From: Gemmatimonadales bacterium
GTDB taxonomy: Bacteria; Gemmatimonadota; Gemmatimonadetes; Gemmatimonadales; GWC2-71-9
Length of the DNA: 64,000 nt
Assembly: GCA_041577295.1 (NCBI GenBank)
Contig: JBFGJG010000011.1
Span: 34,814 to 98,813, forward strand
Reading direction: 5' to 3'
The notes below the pieces were generated by a model that ran no database searches, was not told the DNA's origin, and was given only the letters and a program-made list of their open reading frames with translations. The translations under genes and the position numbers were made by a program. Below, piece by piece: positions 9,435 to 18,528 of this stretch. Position 1 is the stretch's first letter. Each line of letters begins with the position of its first letter.

Positions 9435-9707
9435 ATGCGAGACGGCGTCTTCCGAGCCCTGGCGGATCCCACCCGGCGGCGGATCCTCGAGCTGCTCGCC
9501 GAGCGCGACCGTACTGCGGGCGAGCTGGCGCGCGAGTTTCCGATCGCGTTCGCCTCGGTTTCGCACCACCTCGGTGTGCTCAAGACGGCTAGGCTCGTAG
9601 CAACGGAGCGCGAGGGTCAGCACATCCGGTATCGTCTCGACACGACGGTGTTTCAGGAGACCGTACGGTATCTGATGGAACGTTTTGGAGGAGATGCACA
9701 TGCGTAG
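9435..9707 (+). CDS. ArsR/SmtB-family transcriptional regulator (SdpR-like)
   Basis: MRDGVFRALADPTRRRILELL...ELAREFPIAFASVSHHLGVLKTARLV is a winged-HTH ArsR signature. No CxC metal site is visible. Confidence 0.88.
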   Translation: MRDGVFRALADPTRRRILELLAERDRTAGELAREFPIAFASVSHHLGVLKTARLVATEREGQHIRYRLDTTVFQETVRYLMERFGGDAHA

Positions 9708-10356
9708 TCGTTGGTTGGGCTTGATCGCGATCGTCGCGGCTGGAGGATTCTCGCTCTGGGCGTTCCCACAGCTGCCGGCCGAAGTGCCGACACACTGGAA
9801 TGTGCGGGGCGAGCCCGACGACTACTCATCGCGGCTGTTCGCCAGCCTGCTGTTCCCCGGCATCATGCTCGGGCTGTGGGCGCTCGCGCAGGTCTTGCCG
9901 TCAATCGATCCAAAGCGAAGAAACTACGCGTCCTTCATGGACACGTACTGGCTCTTCGTAAACGGCACTCTCCTCTTTCTCACAGCCGTGCACGTTGTGA
10001 TGCTGGGGGCCGCTCTGGGATGGAACATCGACATCCCGCGCGTCATCCCGGTTGGAATTGGTCTCCTGCTCGTGGTGATTGGCAACTACCTGAGCCGGGT
10101 CCAGCCAAACTGGTTTGTGGGGATTCGCACGCCGTGGACCTTATCGAGCGAAGCCGTATGGCGCAGGACCCATCGGACGGGCGGCTGGGTGTTCGTCATT
10201 GGCGGCCTGATGATGATTGGACTCGCCTTTCTTCCCAAGGTGACCACCGTGCCGCTCCTCGCCGCCATCGTGCTGTTGGTGGCCGCCGTACCCATCGTGC
10301 AGTCCTATCTGCTCTGGCGAAAAGAGCAACAGGTTGGCGGCACGAAGACGACGTAG
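9700..10356 (+). CDS. SdpI/YhfL-family membrane protein (DUF1648 + SdpI domain)
   Basis: GGAGGAG lies 6 nt before the ATG at 9700, which overlaps the ArsR stop by 8 nt. The P..VP.HWN..G.PD motif plus 4-5 further TM helices is the typical SdpI architecture. Confidence 0.8.
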   Translation: MRSRWLGLIAIVAAGGFSLWAFPQLPAEVPTHWNVRGEPDDYSSRLFASLLFPGIMLGLWALAQVLPSIDPKRRNYASFMDTYWLFVNGTLLFLTAVHVVMLGAALGWNIDIPRVIPVGIGLLLVVIGNYLSRVQPNWFVGIRTPWTLSSEAVWRRTHRTGGWVFVIGGLMMIGLAFLPKVTTVPLLAAIVLLVAAVPIVQSYLLWRKEQQVGGTKTT

Positions 10357-11517
10357 TCATCGTGCCCGCACGAGTGCTCCCTTTAGGTAGCCAGTCTCCG
10401 GGATGGTGAGGACTTCCGGGTGATCCAATGCCTGGCCCACGACACGCTCGAGCACGAGCTCGCGCCTACTGTCGGCAGCCGCCTGCGTCAACATGTGCAG
10501 GAAGCCAGATTTGTCGAGGTGGAACGAGCACGAGCACGTCAACAGGATTCCTCCCGGAGCAAGCAGTCTGGCAGCGCGGAGATTGATCTCCTTGTACGCC
10601 CGCACGGCGCGGGGCAGAGAGGCGCGCTGTTTGGCAAACGCCGGTGGGTCGAGCACGACCGTGTCAAACCGCTCACCAGCTCGCTCCAATTGACGCAACA
10701 GGTCGAACACGTTGCTCTCGACCCAGTCGATGTTGTGCCGGTTGTTCCGCTCGGCGTTCCTTCGGGCGACCTCGAGGGCGGGACCGCTCGAGTCCGCGGC
10801 CATCACCGTATCCGCACGACCGGCCATGTGAAGCGCAAAGAGCCCGTGATAGGTGAAGAGGTCCAAAGCACGCCCCCGAGCGCGCCGCGCCATGCGCATC
10901 CGGTTCTCGCGTTGATCCAGGAAGGCCCCCGTCTTTTGCCCGGTTCGCATTGCGACTTGGTAGTGCACCGAGCCCTCCCGCACGACCACCTCGTCGGGAA
11001 TTTGGCCGCCGGCATTCTCAATCTCCAGCGGAAGTTCTTCGTGTTTTCGGACCGATACATCGTTCCTGAGCAGGATACCCGCGGGCTCGATCACCTCGGC
11101 GATAGCCGCGAGGACATCGGCCCGCCGGGCCTCGAGGCCCGCCGACAGAAGTTGCACGACCACATGCTCGCCGTATCGGTCCACGACCAGCGATGGAAGA
11201 CCGTCCGCCTCGGCATGGACCAAACGGTAGGCTGTTGCGTCGAGCTCTCGTTCCCCTCTTCGGCGCACCGCTGCCCGAATGCGGTCGCGCCACCAGTCAG
11301 CATCGATCTCCTCATCCCGTGGCGTCAGCATGCGCACCCGGATCTCCGACCGGGGACTCCAGAGCGCTCGGCCCACGAACCGACCCCGCGGATCCACTAC
11401 GGCGACGAGCCCCGCAGGCGCATCGCAAGCGGTGATATCCGACCGGTAGATCCAGGGATGCCCGGCACGCCACCGCGCACTTCCACGCGCCGTGACGGTC
11501 GCGACGTGTACGGTCAT
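10357..11517 (-). CDS. class I SAM-dependent rRNA (cytosine-C5) methyltransferase, RlmI/YwbD-like (PUA + MTase)
   Basis: N-terminal GHPWIYRSDI (PUA-like). MTase motifs include LDLFTYHGLFALH and VVLDPPAF. Confidence 0.82.
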   Translation of the reverse strand: MTVHVATVTARGSARWRAGHPWIYRSDITACDAPAGLVAVVDPRGRFVGRALWSPRSEIRVRMLTPRDEEIDADWWRDRIRAAVRRRGERELDATAYRLVHAEADGLPSLVVDRYGEHVVVQLLSAGLEARRADVLAAIAEVIEPAGILLRNDVSVRKHEELPLEIENAGGQIPDEVVVREGSVHYQVAMRTGQKTGAFLDQRENRMRMARRARGRALDLFTYHGLFALHMAGRADTVMAADSSGPALEVARRNAERNNRHNIDWVESNVFDLLRQLERAGERFDTVVLDPPAFAKQRASLPRAVRAYKEINLRAARLLAPGGILLTCSCSFHLDKSGFLHMLTQAAADSRRELVLERVVGQALDHPEVLTIPETGYLKGALVRAR

Positions 11518-11870
11518 CGATCAGGTCGCAGTCGCTGCGCCTCGTGGAGGTAGACGTGTTTGAGTTGGCTCTGGAGGAGTTCGGTGTTGACGTGTATCAG
11601 CACCCTGACGCAGCGGGGCAGGCCGCCCGGAACTGTCATTTCACATGCGCCCAACAGGGCCATGTCGGTCCATCCAAGCTCGCGTGCCGCGCGAGCAGGG
11701 TACTCGCTGGTGATATCGGCGCTCGCCGTGAAAATCACGCTGGCGATATCACCGATGTTCAGGTGGTTGGCCGCCACCATTTGCTCGAGCAGCTCCCGCG
11801 TTGCCGCGAGCACCTGCTCACTCGTATCCTCGGGGACAATCGTCGCTCCGCGAATCCCGCGAACTGGCAT
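11514..11870 (-). CDS. aroH: chorismate mutase, AroH class
   Basis: MPVRGIRGATIV...SVIFTASADITSEYPARAARELGW...RVLIHVN is the AroH monofunctional chorismate mutase signature. 118 aa. Confidence 0.9.
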   Translation of the reverse strand: MPVRGIRGATIVPEDTSEQVLAATRELLEQMVAANHLNIGDIASVIFTASADITSEYPARAARELGWTDMALLGACEMTVPGGLPRCVRVLIHVNTELLQSQLKHVYLHEAQRLRPDR

Positions 11871-11881
11871 TACCCTACTCC

Positions 11882-12517
11882 ATGATGCTCGATGTCAGGC
11901 TGCTCGCGATCGCCGGTCCCCCGGCGCTTCCCCTCGCGCGGCTGATTGATGGCTGCCGAGCCGCGGCCGACGGTGGCGCCACGGCGATCCAAGTACGGCT
12001 CAAGGACGCGCCGGCCTCCACGATGCTTCATCTCGTCGAGACGCTCATCACCACCGTGGAGATCCCGGTGTACGTCAACGACCGAGCCGATGTAGCGCTC
12101 GCGGCGCGCGCGGCCGGTGTGCACCTGGGGGCCGAGGACGTGCCCGCGGCGGCAGTGCGTCGGATTGCCCCGCCGCCCTTTCGGATCGGCGTCTCCGTCG
12201 GTTCACCCGCAGAAGCTCACGACGTGCGCGACGCAGCGGTGGATTATTGGAGCGTGGGACCGATCTCCGCCACTGGCACCAAAGGCGATGCTGGAGATCC
12301 GATCGGGATCGAGGGGTTCCGCCGGTTGGCTTCCTATGCACCGGCCACCGTTCCCGTCATCGCCATCGGGGGGATCACCGCCACCAATGCGGGCCCGCTG
12401 TTCCTTGCCGGTGCGGCAGGCATTGCCGTAAGTGCGGCCATCTTTGCGGCCCCGGACATTCGCGCGGCGACGGCCGAACTGAGACGGGTGATTGAGGGAG
12501 TCGAAAGTAGGGGGTAG
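11882..12517 (+). CDS. thiE: thiamine-phosphate synthase
   Basis: Start trimmed to the ATG at 11882 (MMLDVRLLAIAGPP). Motifs AIQVRLKD, VNDRADVALA, GVHLG and IGGI match the ThiE TIM-barrel pattern. Confidence 0.85.
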   Translation: MMLDVRLLAIAGPPALPLARLIDGCRAAADGGATAIQVRLKDAPASTMLHLVETLITTVEIPVYVNDRADVALAARAAGVHLGAEDVPAAAVRRIAPPPFRIGVSVGSPAEAHDVRDAAVDYWSVGPISATGTKGDAGDPIGIEGFRRLASYAPATVPVIAIGGITATNAGPLFLAGAAGIAVSAAIFAAPDIRAATAELRRVIEGVESRG

Positions 12518-12571
12518 CAGTCGGGAGTAGGAGCAATGACGAGGGGGGCCCCTCCCCCTTCCGTCCTTTCC

Positions 12572-13537
12572 TTATCGCCCTTCCATCCGCCGCACCTCAC
12601 GTACGGCCGCATTGTGCTCGCGCAAGGTTCGTGAGAACACGTGTTTTCCATCCGGTCGCGCCACGAAGTAGAGAAAATCACTTTCGAGCGGATACAGAGC
12701 CGCCTCCAGGCTCGCAGCACTGGGCTGCGCGATGGGGTTCGGTGGCAAACCGTCGATCAGATACGTGTTGTAGGGCGACGGCGTTTGGTAATCTCGTTCG
12801 AACAAACGGCGACGAACACCAAGCGCGTAGATGACCGTCGGATCCGCCTGAAGCCGCATTCCACGCCGGAGCCGGTTGTGATAGACCGATGAGACATACC
12901 GGCGATCGGGACCGTAGCGGACCTCCCCTTCGATGATGGAGGCCAAAATCACGATCTCCTGGCGCGTCATGTTCAGGGTGTCGAGCCGCGCATTCCATGC
13001 GGCCTTCCAGTGGCGCTCAAACTCGAGCACCATTCGCGCGACAATATCACGGGCCGTTGCGGTGACGGGAAGCCGGTACGTCTCGGGATACAGGTATCCC
13101 TCGAGCGTCGCGGCCCCCGTCCCAACCCGCGCCCGCAGGACGCTGTCGCGGGCCGCGGCCAGCAGGCTCTCTGCCGGAACACCGAGTTGCCGATCGACCG
13201 TGGCGGCCACCTCGGTGAGCATCAGCCCTTCGGGGATGACGAGCTGTTGTTCGGCTGTACGGCCGCGTACGAGGATCTCGATGACCTGACGGACGGACGC
13301 ATTCGTTGGGATCTCGAACGTGCCAGCTTGGACACGGCGCTCCCGGCCGGACACCTTCGCGTAGAAGCGGAATAGGTGTGGTGAATTGACCAAGCCGCGT
13401 GAAGTGAGCGACTCCGCAACCACGCCCAGACCGGCGCCGGGGGGAACCGTGACGTGCTGTACCGTTCCGGTGGGCGGGGTTTCGTGACAGGCGAGCAGCG
13501 AGAGCGCGACGCCGGGAAGGAGCAACGACCGCGTCAC
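12572..13537 (-). CDS. mltG: endolytic murein transglycosylase MltG (YceG-like)
   Basis: N-terminal anchor, then a YceG pattern: LASIIEGE, YHNRLRRGMRLQADPTVIY, YNTY..GLPP.PI..P. Confidence 0.9.
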   Translation of the reverse strand: MTRSLLLPGVALSLLACHETPPTGTVQHVTVPPGAGLGVVAESLTSRGLVNSPHLFRFYAKVSGRERRVQAGTFEIPTNASVRQVIEILVRGRTAEQQLVIPEGLMLTEVAATVDRQLGVPAESLLAAARDSVLRARVGTGAATLEGYLYPETYRLPVTATARDIVARMVLEFERHWKAAWNARLDTLNMTRQEIVILASIIEGEVRYGPDRRYVSSVYHNRLRRGMRLQADPTVIYALGVRRRLFERDYQTPSPYNTYLIDGLPPNPIAQPSAASLEAALYPLESDFLYFVARPDGKHVFSRTLREHNAAVREVRRMEGR

Positions 13538-13980
13538 CGACGGCGACTATCGAGATAGGCTTGGAGCAAAACGGTGGCCGCCAGCTGATCGACCTCACCC
13601 TCGCGTCCCCGCGTCTCTCCGCCGAGCTCGCGCACCGCACTGAGCGCACGAGCCGTGGTCATGCGCTCGTCTACGAACACCACGGGGAGTCCGGTGGCGT
13701 CGCCTAGCCGTGCTCCCAATCGACGCACCGCGTCCGACCGATCGTCTTCGGTTCCGTCACCTGTCAGTGGTAGGCCGAGGACGATCCCTGTGGCGCCGAG
13801 CTCTTCCAAATGTTGGCGAAACTGTCGCATGGGGAAACGTTTGCCAATCCGTCGCGTGAGCGTGGCGAGCGGTTGCGCAAGCGTCTGCGATGTGTCGGAC
13901 ACAGCGAGGCCGATACGTTTCTCTCCCCAATCCACTGCCACGAGCCGCCCTTCCCTGGGGAGATCGGATGGTGCGATCAC
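13534..13980 (-). CDS. ruvX: Holliday-junction resolvase-like RuvX (YqgF)
   Basis: [16 protein letters not shown]...VDERMTT is the YqgF signature. 4-nt overlaps with both rho and mltG. Confidence 0.9.
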   Translation of the reverse strand: MIAPSDLPREGRLVAVDWGEKRIGLAVSDTSQTLAQPLATLTRRIGKRFPMRQFRQHLEELGATGIVLGLPLTGDGTEDDRSDAVRRLGARLGDATGLPVVFVDERMTTARALSAVRELGGETRGREGEVDQLAATVLLQAYLDSRRR

Positions 13981-15227
13981 CCCTGCTGCATCGTCGAGAA
14001 GAATTCCTTGTTGTGCTTCGTTCGCTTCATCCGCTCGAGGAGAAACTCAATGGCTTCCACCGTCGGCATGTCGGCCAAGAAGTTGCGCAACAGGTACACC
14101 TTGTTGAGCTCCTCCTTGTCGAGCAGCAGCTCCTCTTTACGGGTCGAGCTGCGCTGCACATCGATCGCCGGGTAGATACGGCGATCGGCGATCCGGCGGT
14201 CGAGCACCAGCTCCATATTGCCCGTGCCTTTGAACTCCTCGAAGATCACCTCGTCCATGCGACTCCCCGTTTCGATCAGTGCCGTCGCGATGATTGTCAG
14301 CGACCCACCGCTCTCGATATTGCGTGCGGCGCCAAAGAAGCGTTTGGGTTTCTGCAGCGCGTTGGCATCGACACCACCCGAGAGGATCTTTCCGGAGTGT
14401 GGCACCACAACGTTGTGCGCCCGGGCGAGCCGCGTGATCGAGTCGAGCAGGATGATGACGTCTCGTTTGTGCTCGACCAGACGCCGGGCCTTCTCGATGA
14501 CCATGTCAGCCACCTGAACGTGCCGGTCCGCGGGCTCGTCGAATGTCGACGAGATGACCTCGGCCTGCACGTTCTCCTCCATGTCCGTCACCTCTTCGGG
14601 TCGCTCATCGATGAGCAATACGATGAGGATGGCCTCAGGGTGGTTTTCCGTGATCGAATTCGCGATCTTCTGCAGCAGGATGGTCTTCCCGGCCTTCGGC
14701 GGCGCGACGATCAAGCCGCGCTGCCCGAAGCCAATCGGCGTCAGAAGATCCATCACGCGCATCGATAGATCGCCGTCATCACGCTCGAGCCGGATACGGC
14801 GGTCCGGATACCGCGGACGCAGGTTGTCAAAGGCGATCCGGTGCTTAGCCTTCTCCGGTTCCTCGAAGTTGACCTTCTCGACTTTGAGCAGCGCGAGGTA
14901 CCGCTCACCCTCCTTGGGAGGGCGAACCTGCCCCAGGACGGTGTCACCCGTGCGAAGGTCGAAGCGCTTGATTTGGCTCGGGCTGACGTAGATGTCGTCG
15001 GGACCGTATAGGTAGTTCCAGTCCTGACTACGGAGAAAGCCATAACCCTCGGGGAGGATCTCGAGGACTCCCTCACCCCGGAGGACGGTGTCAGAGTCGA
15101 GCAGCGATTGTTCAATTCGGAAGATGAGATCTTGCTTTCGCAGGCCCGAGTAGTTGGTGATGTTCAACTCCTCGGCCATGGCGTGCAGCTCGCTTACCGA
15201 TTTCTTCTTGAGTTCAGCGATGTCCAC
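13977..15227 (-). CDS. rho: transcription termination factor Rho
   Basis: Full-length Rho: N-terminal [24 protein letters not shown]-binding FGFLR-like GYGFLR, Walker A PPKAGKT, and the Q/R loops. Confidence 0.97.
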   Translation of the reverse strand: MDIAELKKKSVSELHAMAEELNITNYSGLRKQDLIFRIEQSLLDSDTVLRGEGVLEILPEGYGFLRSQDWNYLYGPDDIYVSPSQIKRFDLRTGDTVLGQVRPPKEGERYLALLKVEKVNFEEPEKAKHRIAFDNLRPRYPDRRIRLERDDGDLSMRVMDLLTPIGFGQRGLIVAPPKAGKTILLQKIANSITENHPEAILIVLLIDERPEEVTDMEENVQAEVISSTFDEPADRHVQVADMVIEKARRLVEHKRDVIILLDSITRLARAHNVVVPHSGKILSGGVDANALQKPKRFFGAARNIESGGSLTIIATALIETGSRMDEVIFEEFKGTGNMELVLDRRIADRRIYPAIDVQRSSTRKEELLLDKEELNKVYLLRNFLADMPTVEAIEFLLERMKRTKHNKEFFSTMQQG

Positions 15228-15359
15228 GGGTTTGAGACTCCAGAGAGGGGGGCGGCGGTCAACGGCGTAGCGTGTGGCCCCTGGAAGGGTGGCCGGACCT
15301 GGCCATGTGCGGTTTCGATTTGAGTTTCTGGGATTAGGCAGATATGCAGGTGCAAGGGC

Positions 15360-15388
15360 ATATTATGAGGGGTAACTGCACCCGTCAA
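15360..15388 (-). promoter_or_regulatory. sigma70-like promoter for rho (about 125-nt leader)
   Basis: On the minus strand: TTGACG (15388-15383), 17-nt spacer, TAATAT (15365-15360). Confidence 0.4.
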
Positions 15389-15396
15389 GTGTCAAG

Positions 15397-16506
15397 GTGA
15401 GCTCACTCTCCAGTTTCTTCGTGTACTGGCGGACCATCGTCGTCCGCGATCGTGAGATCGTGGACGCCGTGGTGCATCCGGATCACCGGGGGCCGTCTCC
15501 CGAGCTACGACAGGCGCTCGATGCCTGGCCGGGTCCACGGTACTGGGCGGACGACGACGGGGATGGCCGGTTGGTCCTGATCCGAACGCTCAGCAAGCCA
15601 CGACGGGAGCGCTGGTGGCTCCACGCCCTCCTCTTTCTAGCCACCTTCGGGACCGTTTGGATGGGGGGAGCCCTGGTCGCCGGTTCCCCGGTCACCCTCC
15701 CATTCGTGAGAGACCTCGGCTTGCTGGTCCCGGTGCTGCGCGACTGGTTCGAGACCTTGCGCCCCGGGCTGGGGTTCGCAATCGCTCTCATGGGGATCCT
15801 CTTGGCCCACGAAGCAGGACACTACGTCCTCGCCAAGCGCTACGGGATCGATACCTCGCCGCCGTATTTCCTTCCGTTTCCTCCGATGATCAATATCATC
15901 GGCACCCTCGGCGCCTTCATTCGGCTGCGCAGCCCGATTCTCGACAGACGTCAGCTCCTCGACATCGGCGCGGCCGGGCCCTGGGCGGGGTTCGTCGTGG
16001 CACTGCTCGTCCTCGTGGTGGGCCTGCTGCAGTCAGAGGTCGTCACGCAGGGAACTGGGCCAACATCCCAGTACATCGTTGCGTCGGGTCTGCATCTCTA
16101 TCTCGGCGATTCACCTATTCTCGCCGTCATTCGCCGCGGTCTGATGGGTGACGTCACGGTGGCCATGCACCCCCTCGCGTTCGCGGGGTGGATTGGCCTG
16201 TTCGTGACCATGCTGAATCTCCTGCCCGTCGGCCAGCTGGATGGCGGACACGTGCTGTATGCACTGGTCGGAGACCGCCAGCGCACGCTGGCGCCGCTGT
16301 TCTTTGTGGCCGTGCTGGCCCTGAGCACCGTGTGGGAGTTTTGGTTGGTCTGGGCCATCCTCGTGCTGCTGCTCGGCCGCGGCCGGTTATCCCACCCGGC
16401 GGTAATGGATCGCCACCGCCGCCTCCCCCGAGACCGCCGCTGGTTTGGTTGGGGCACGCTGCTGCTCTTCGTGGCGACATTCACGCCCGCCCCCTTCCAG
16501 TGGTGA
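15397..16506 (+). CDS. site-2 protease family (M50) membrane metalloprotease
   Basis: HEAGHYVLAKRYG (HExxH in a TM helix), a later LLPVGQLDGGHV motif, and multiple TM segments. GTG start as in the track; exact start uncertain. Confidence 0.8.
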   Translation: MSSLSSFFVYWRTIVVRDREIVDAVVHPDHRGPSPELRQALDAWPGPRYWADDDGDGRLVLIRTLSKPRRERWWLHALLFLATFGTVWMGGALVAGSPVTLPFVRDLGLLVPVLRDWFETLRPGLGFAIALMGILLAHEAGHYVLAKRYGIDTSPPYFLPFPPMINIIGTLGAFIRLRSPILDRRQLLDIGAAGPWAGFVVALLVLVVGLLQSEVVTQGTGPTSQYIVASGLHLYLGDSPILAVIRRGLMGDVTVAMHPLAFAGWIGLFVTMLNLLPVGQLDGGHVLYALVGDRQRTLAPLFFVAVLALSTVWEFWLVWAILVLLLGRGRLSHPAVMDRHRRLPRDRRWFGWGTLLLFVATFTPAPFQW

Positions 16507-16509
16507 GTA

Positions 16510-16537
16510 TTGCATAAGTCCTAGACACGTTTATATT
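16510..16537 (+). promoter_or_regulatory. sigma70-like promoter for the 16563..17044 two-gene module
   Basis: TTGCAT, 16-nt spacer, TATATT in an AT-rich patch. AGGGAG lies 6 nt before the ATG at 16563. Confidence 0.4.
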
Positions 16538-16562
16538 TGCGCAAACCTGCAGGGAGCAAAGC

Positions 16563-16850
16563 ATGCCGGGAAATCCGGTCCGCCACGGCGCGACCGATCC
16601 TGGACAGCCCACCATACATGAACTCCCGCCACTGCGGTACGCGGGGGCTCTCGTGCCGGTCCACCTCGAGGTACGGCGCGAGGATGACGGGACGTGGCGA
16701 GGCCGTCTGATCTTCGGGTCGATCGACGAGGGCACCGCCCCGGCCACGGGGGAGATCTTCTGCGCTCCCAGCGAAGCCGATCTGTGGGAGGCGGTTCGGG
16801 ATCTCCGAGATCATCACCAACGTGACCTTTACCGATCGATCGTCGAATGA
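16563..16850 (+). CDS. hypothetical 95-aa protein, no recognised family
   Basis: Good SD and promoter. ATGA start/stop overlap with the next ORF. Confidence 0.55.
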   Translation: MPGNPVRHGATDPGQPTIHELPPLRYAGALVPVHLEVRREDDGTWRGRLIFGSIDEGTAPATGEIFCAPSEADLWEAVRDLRDHHQRDLYRSIVE

Positions 16851-17044
16851 GCAGCGACATAGAAGACTTCCGCAAGTTTCGGCACGACATCTCCAACCCG
16901 CTTTCCGCCCTCCTCGCCGAGACGCAACTGCTCCTGCTACGCGCTGATAGCCTCGATGAAGAGACCGTGACATCGTTACGAGATATCGAGACGTTGGCAC
17001 GGCGCATGCGGGATATGCTGCACCAGCACGCTAAGCAAAAATAG
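16847..17044 (+). CDS. 65-aa stand-alone histidine-kinase DHp (HisKA H-box) domain protein
   Basis: FRKFRHDISNPLSALLAETQLL matches the HisKA H-box (H-D-[IL]-x-[NT]-P-L), followed by a second helix (ETLARRMRDMLHQ). No sensor or ATPase domain is present. Confidence 0.55.
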   Translation: MSSDIEDFRKFRHDISNPLSALLAETQLLLLRADSLDEETVTSLRDIETLARRMRDMLHQHAKQK

Positions 17045-17145
17045 TCCCTGCATTGGGGGGCAATCGCCCGGCGCAGTTGTCGGGTTGACGCCGCCCGTGC
17101 AACGGATCAACGTAGAGTTCCCTCCGAACTCAGCCGGAGAACCGC

Positions 17146-18528
17146 ATGTTCCAGCGGCTAAGGTTTCCCGTACGTTCGCGACCTCGATTCGCGGTGCTGC
17201 TCACGGCCGGTGGCGTGATCGGAGCGCTAGGCTGCGCCGGCGCTCCCGCTACACAGCCTGTTTCGCCGGGCGAAATCCCTGAGCTCGAGCGACGGCTCGC
17301 CGAAGATCCCCAGAATGGTCAACTCCTGATTCGCTATGCGTCGGCACTCTATGCCGCTGCGCGATGTGACACGGCACGGGTAGTTGCCCGCGTCGCCGGC
17401 GCACGACGCCCGACAGACGCTACGGCGCCGCTGATCATCGGACAGTGCTCCGAACGTGATGGAGATTACGATCAGGCCCTCGAGGCGTATCAACAGTATC
17501 TCGCGCGCGCCGCGTCGTCCCCCGGGGCACCAGTGGTTCGCGCCCGCGAGATGATGGCAGTGCGGGAGCGAGCTCGCGCACGCGCTCGAGAGGCTTTGGC
17601 CAACGAGACTCAGCTGGGGACGCCCGACCCAACTGCCGTGGCCGTGCTTCCGCTCGAGATTAGCGGCGACTCTTCCTACTTGCCGCTGTCCCGGGGTCTT
17701 GCCCAAATGCTTACCTCGGACCTCGCCTTGTTGCGTCGCTTTCCGTTGGTGGAGCGCCTGCAGTTGAGCGCGCTGATAGAAGAGATGGCGCTGGCCGAAG
17801 CGGGGCGCGTGGATTCGTCGACGGCCGCGCGGGTGGGCAATCTCATTCAGGCGGGTCGGCTCGTGCAGGGATTGGCGGCGATTCCGCCGGCTGGTGACAT
17901 GCGGCTGGAGGCGGGCATTGTTCAAGCGACGGGTGAGGTGTTGCCGCCTGCAGTCACCACGGGGCGTTTCGGGGATCTGTTGCGTCTGGAGAAGGCAGTG
18001 GTGCTGATTCTCGCACGCCGCATGGGGTTCGAGCTGTCAGAAGCCGAACGGCAACGCATTCTCGAGAACGGCACGCAGAACCTGGCCGCGTTCTTGGCGT
18101 ACTCCCGAGGGTTGCTCGAAGAGGAGCGGGGCAACTACGCCGCCGCTGCCGAACACTACGCGGAGGCAGCCCGGCAGGATCCCAACTTCCAGGAAGCGAA
18201 AGACCGGCATCAAGCCGCAGCAGCGGCGCCATTCGCCATGCAAATCAACCCGTCGCAGTTGCCGGCATTGGCGTCGCTTACGGTGCCCGCGCCAGCCTCA
18301 GGCGGGGCGTCACAAGCGATGGCTGGGTTCACGCCGATTGCCACCACCAGCGCGGTACAGACCGGCCTCGGTGATCTCGCGTCCACGCATTCAGAGCAGA
18401 CCTCGCCGCTGGGGCCGCAGCAAACAACGCAGGGCGCATCGAATTCGCCGACGTCCCAGCCGCCACCATCGATCGTGATCCCGCCCGAGATCCGCGGCAC
18501 GATTCGCATCATCATCCGTATCCCATGA
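17146..18528 (+). CDS. lipoprotein with TPR-like N-terminal part, CsgG/LpoB-like central domain and low-complexity tail
   Basis: Lipobox IGALGC. The central AVAVLPLEISGD..LSRGLAQMLTSDLA..FPLVERLQL..LIEEMAL resembles the CsgG-family fold motif. Pro/Ser/Thr/Gln-rich tail ends in IRIIIRIP. Confidence 0.7.
   Translation: MFQRLRFPVRSRPRFAVLLTAGGVIGALGCAGAPATQPVSPGEIPELERRLAEDPQNGQLLIRYASALYAAARCDTARVVARVAGARRPTDATAPLIIGQCSERDGDYDQALEAYQQYLARAASSPGAPVVRAREMMAVRERARARAREALANETQLGTPDPTAVAVLPLEISGDSSYLPLSRGLAQMLTSDLALLRRFPLVERLQLSALIEEMALAEAGRVDSSTAARVGNLIQAGRLVQGLAAIPPAGDMRLEAGIVQATGEVLPPAVTTGRFGDLLRLEKAVVLILARRMGFELSEAERQRILENGTQNLAAFLAYSRGLLEEERGNYAAAAEHYAEAARQDPNFQEAKDRHQAAAAAPFAMQINPSQLPALASLTVPAPASGGASQAMAGFTPIATTSAVQTGLGDLASTHSEQTSPLGPQQTTQGASNSPTSQPPPSIVIPPEIRGTIRIIIRIP

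Noticed and set aside
10420-11553. 377-aa plus-strand ORF
   Set aside because: It is fully antisense to the RlmI-like methyltransferase, which has PUA and SAM motifs. Its Arg/His/Pro-rich composition is typical of reverse-frame translation in high-GC DNA. The same reasoning rejects 2365..3324, 5785..6774, 13890..14768, 21778..22848 and 56484..57521.
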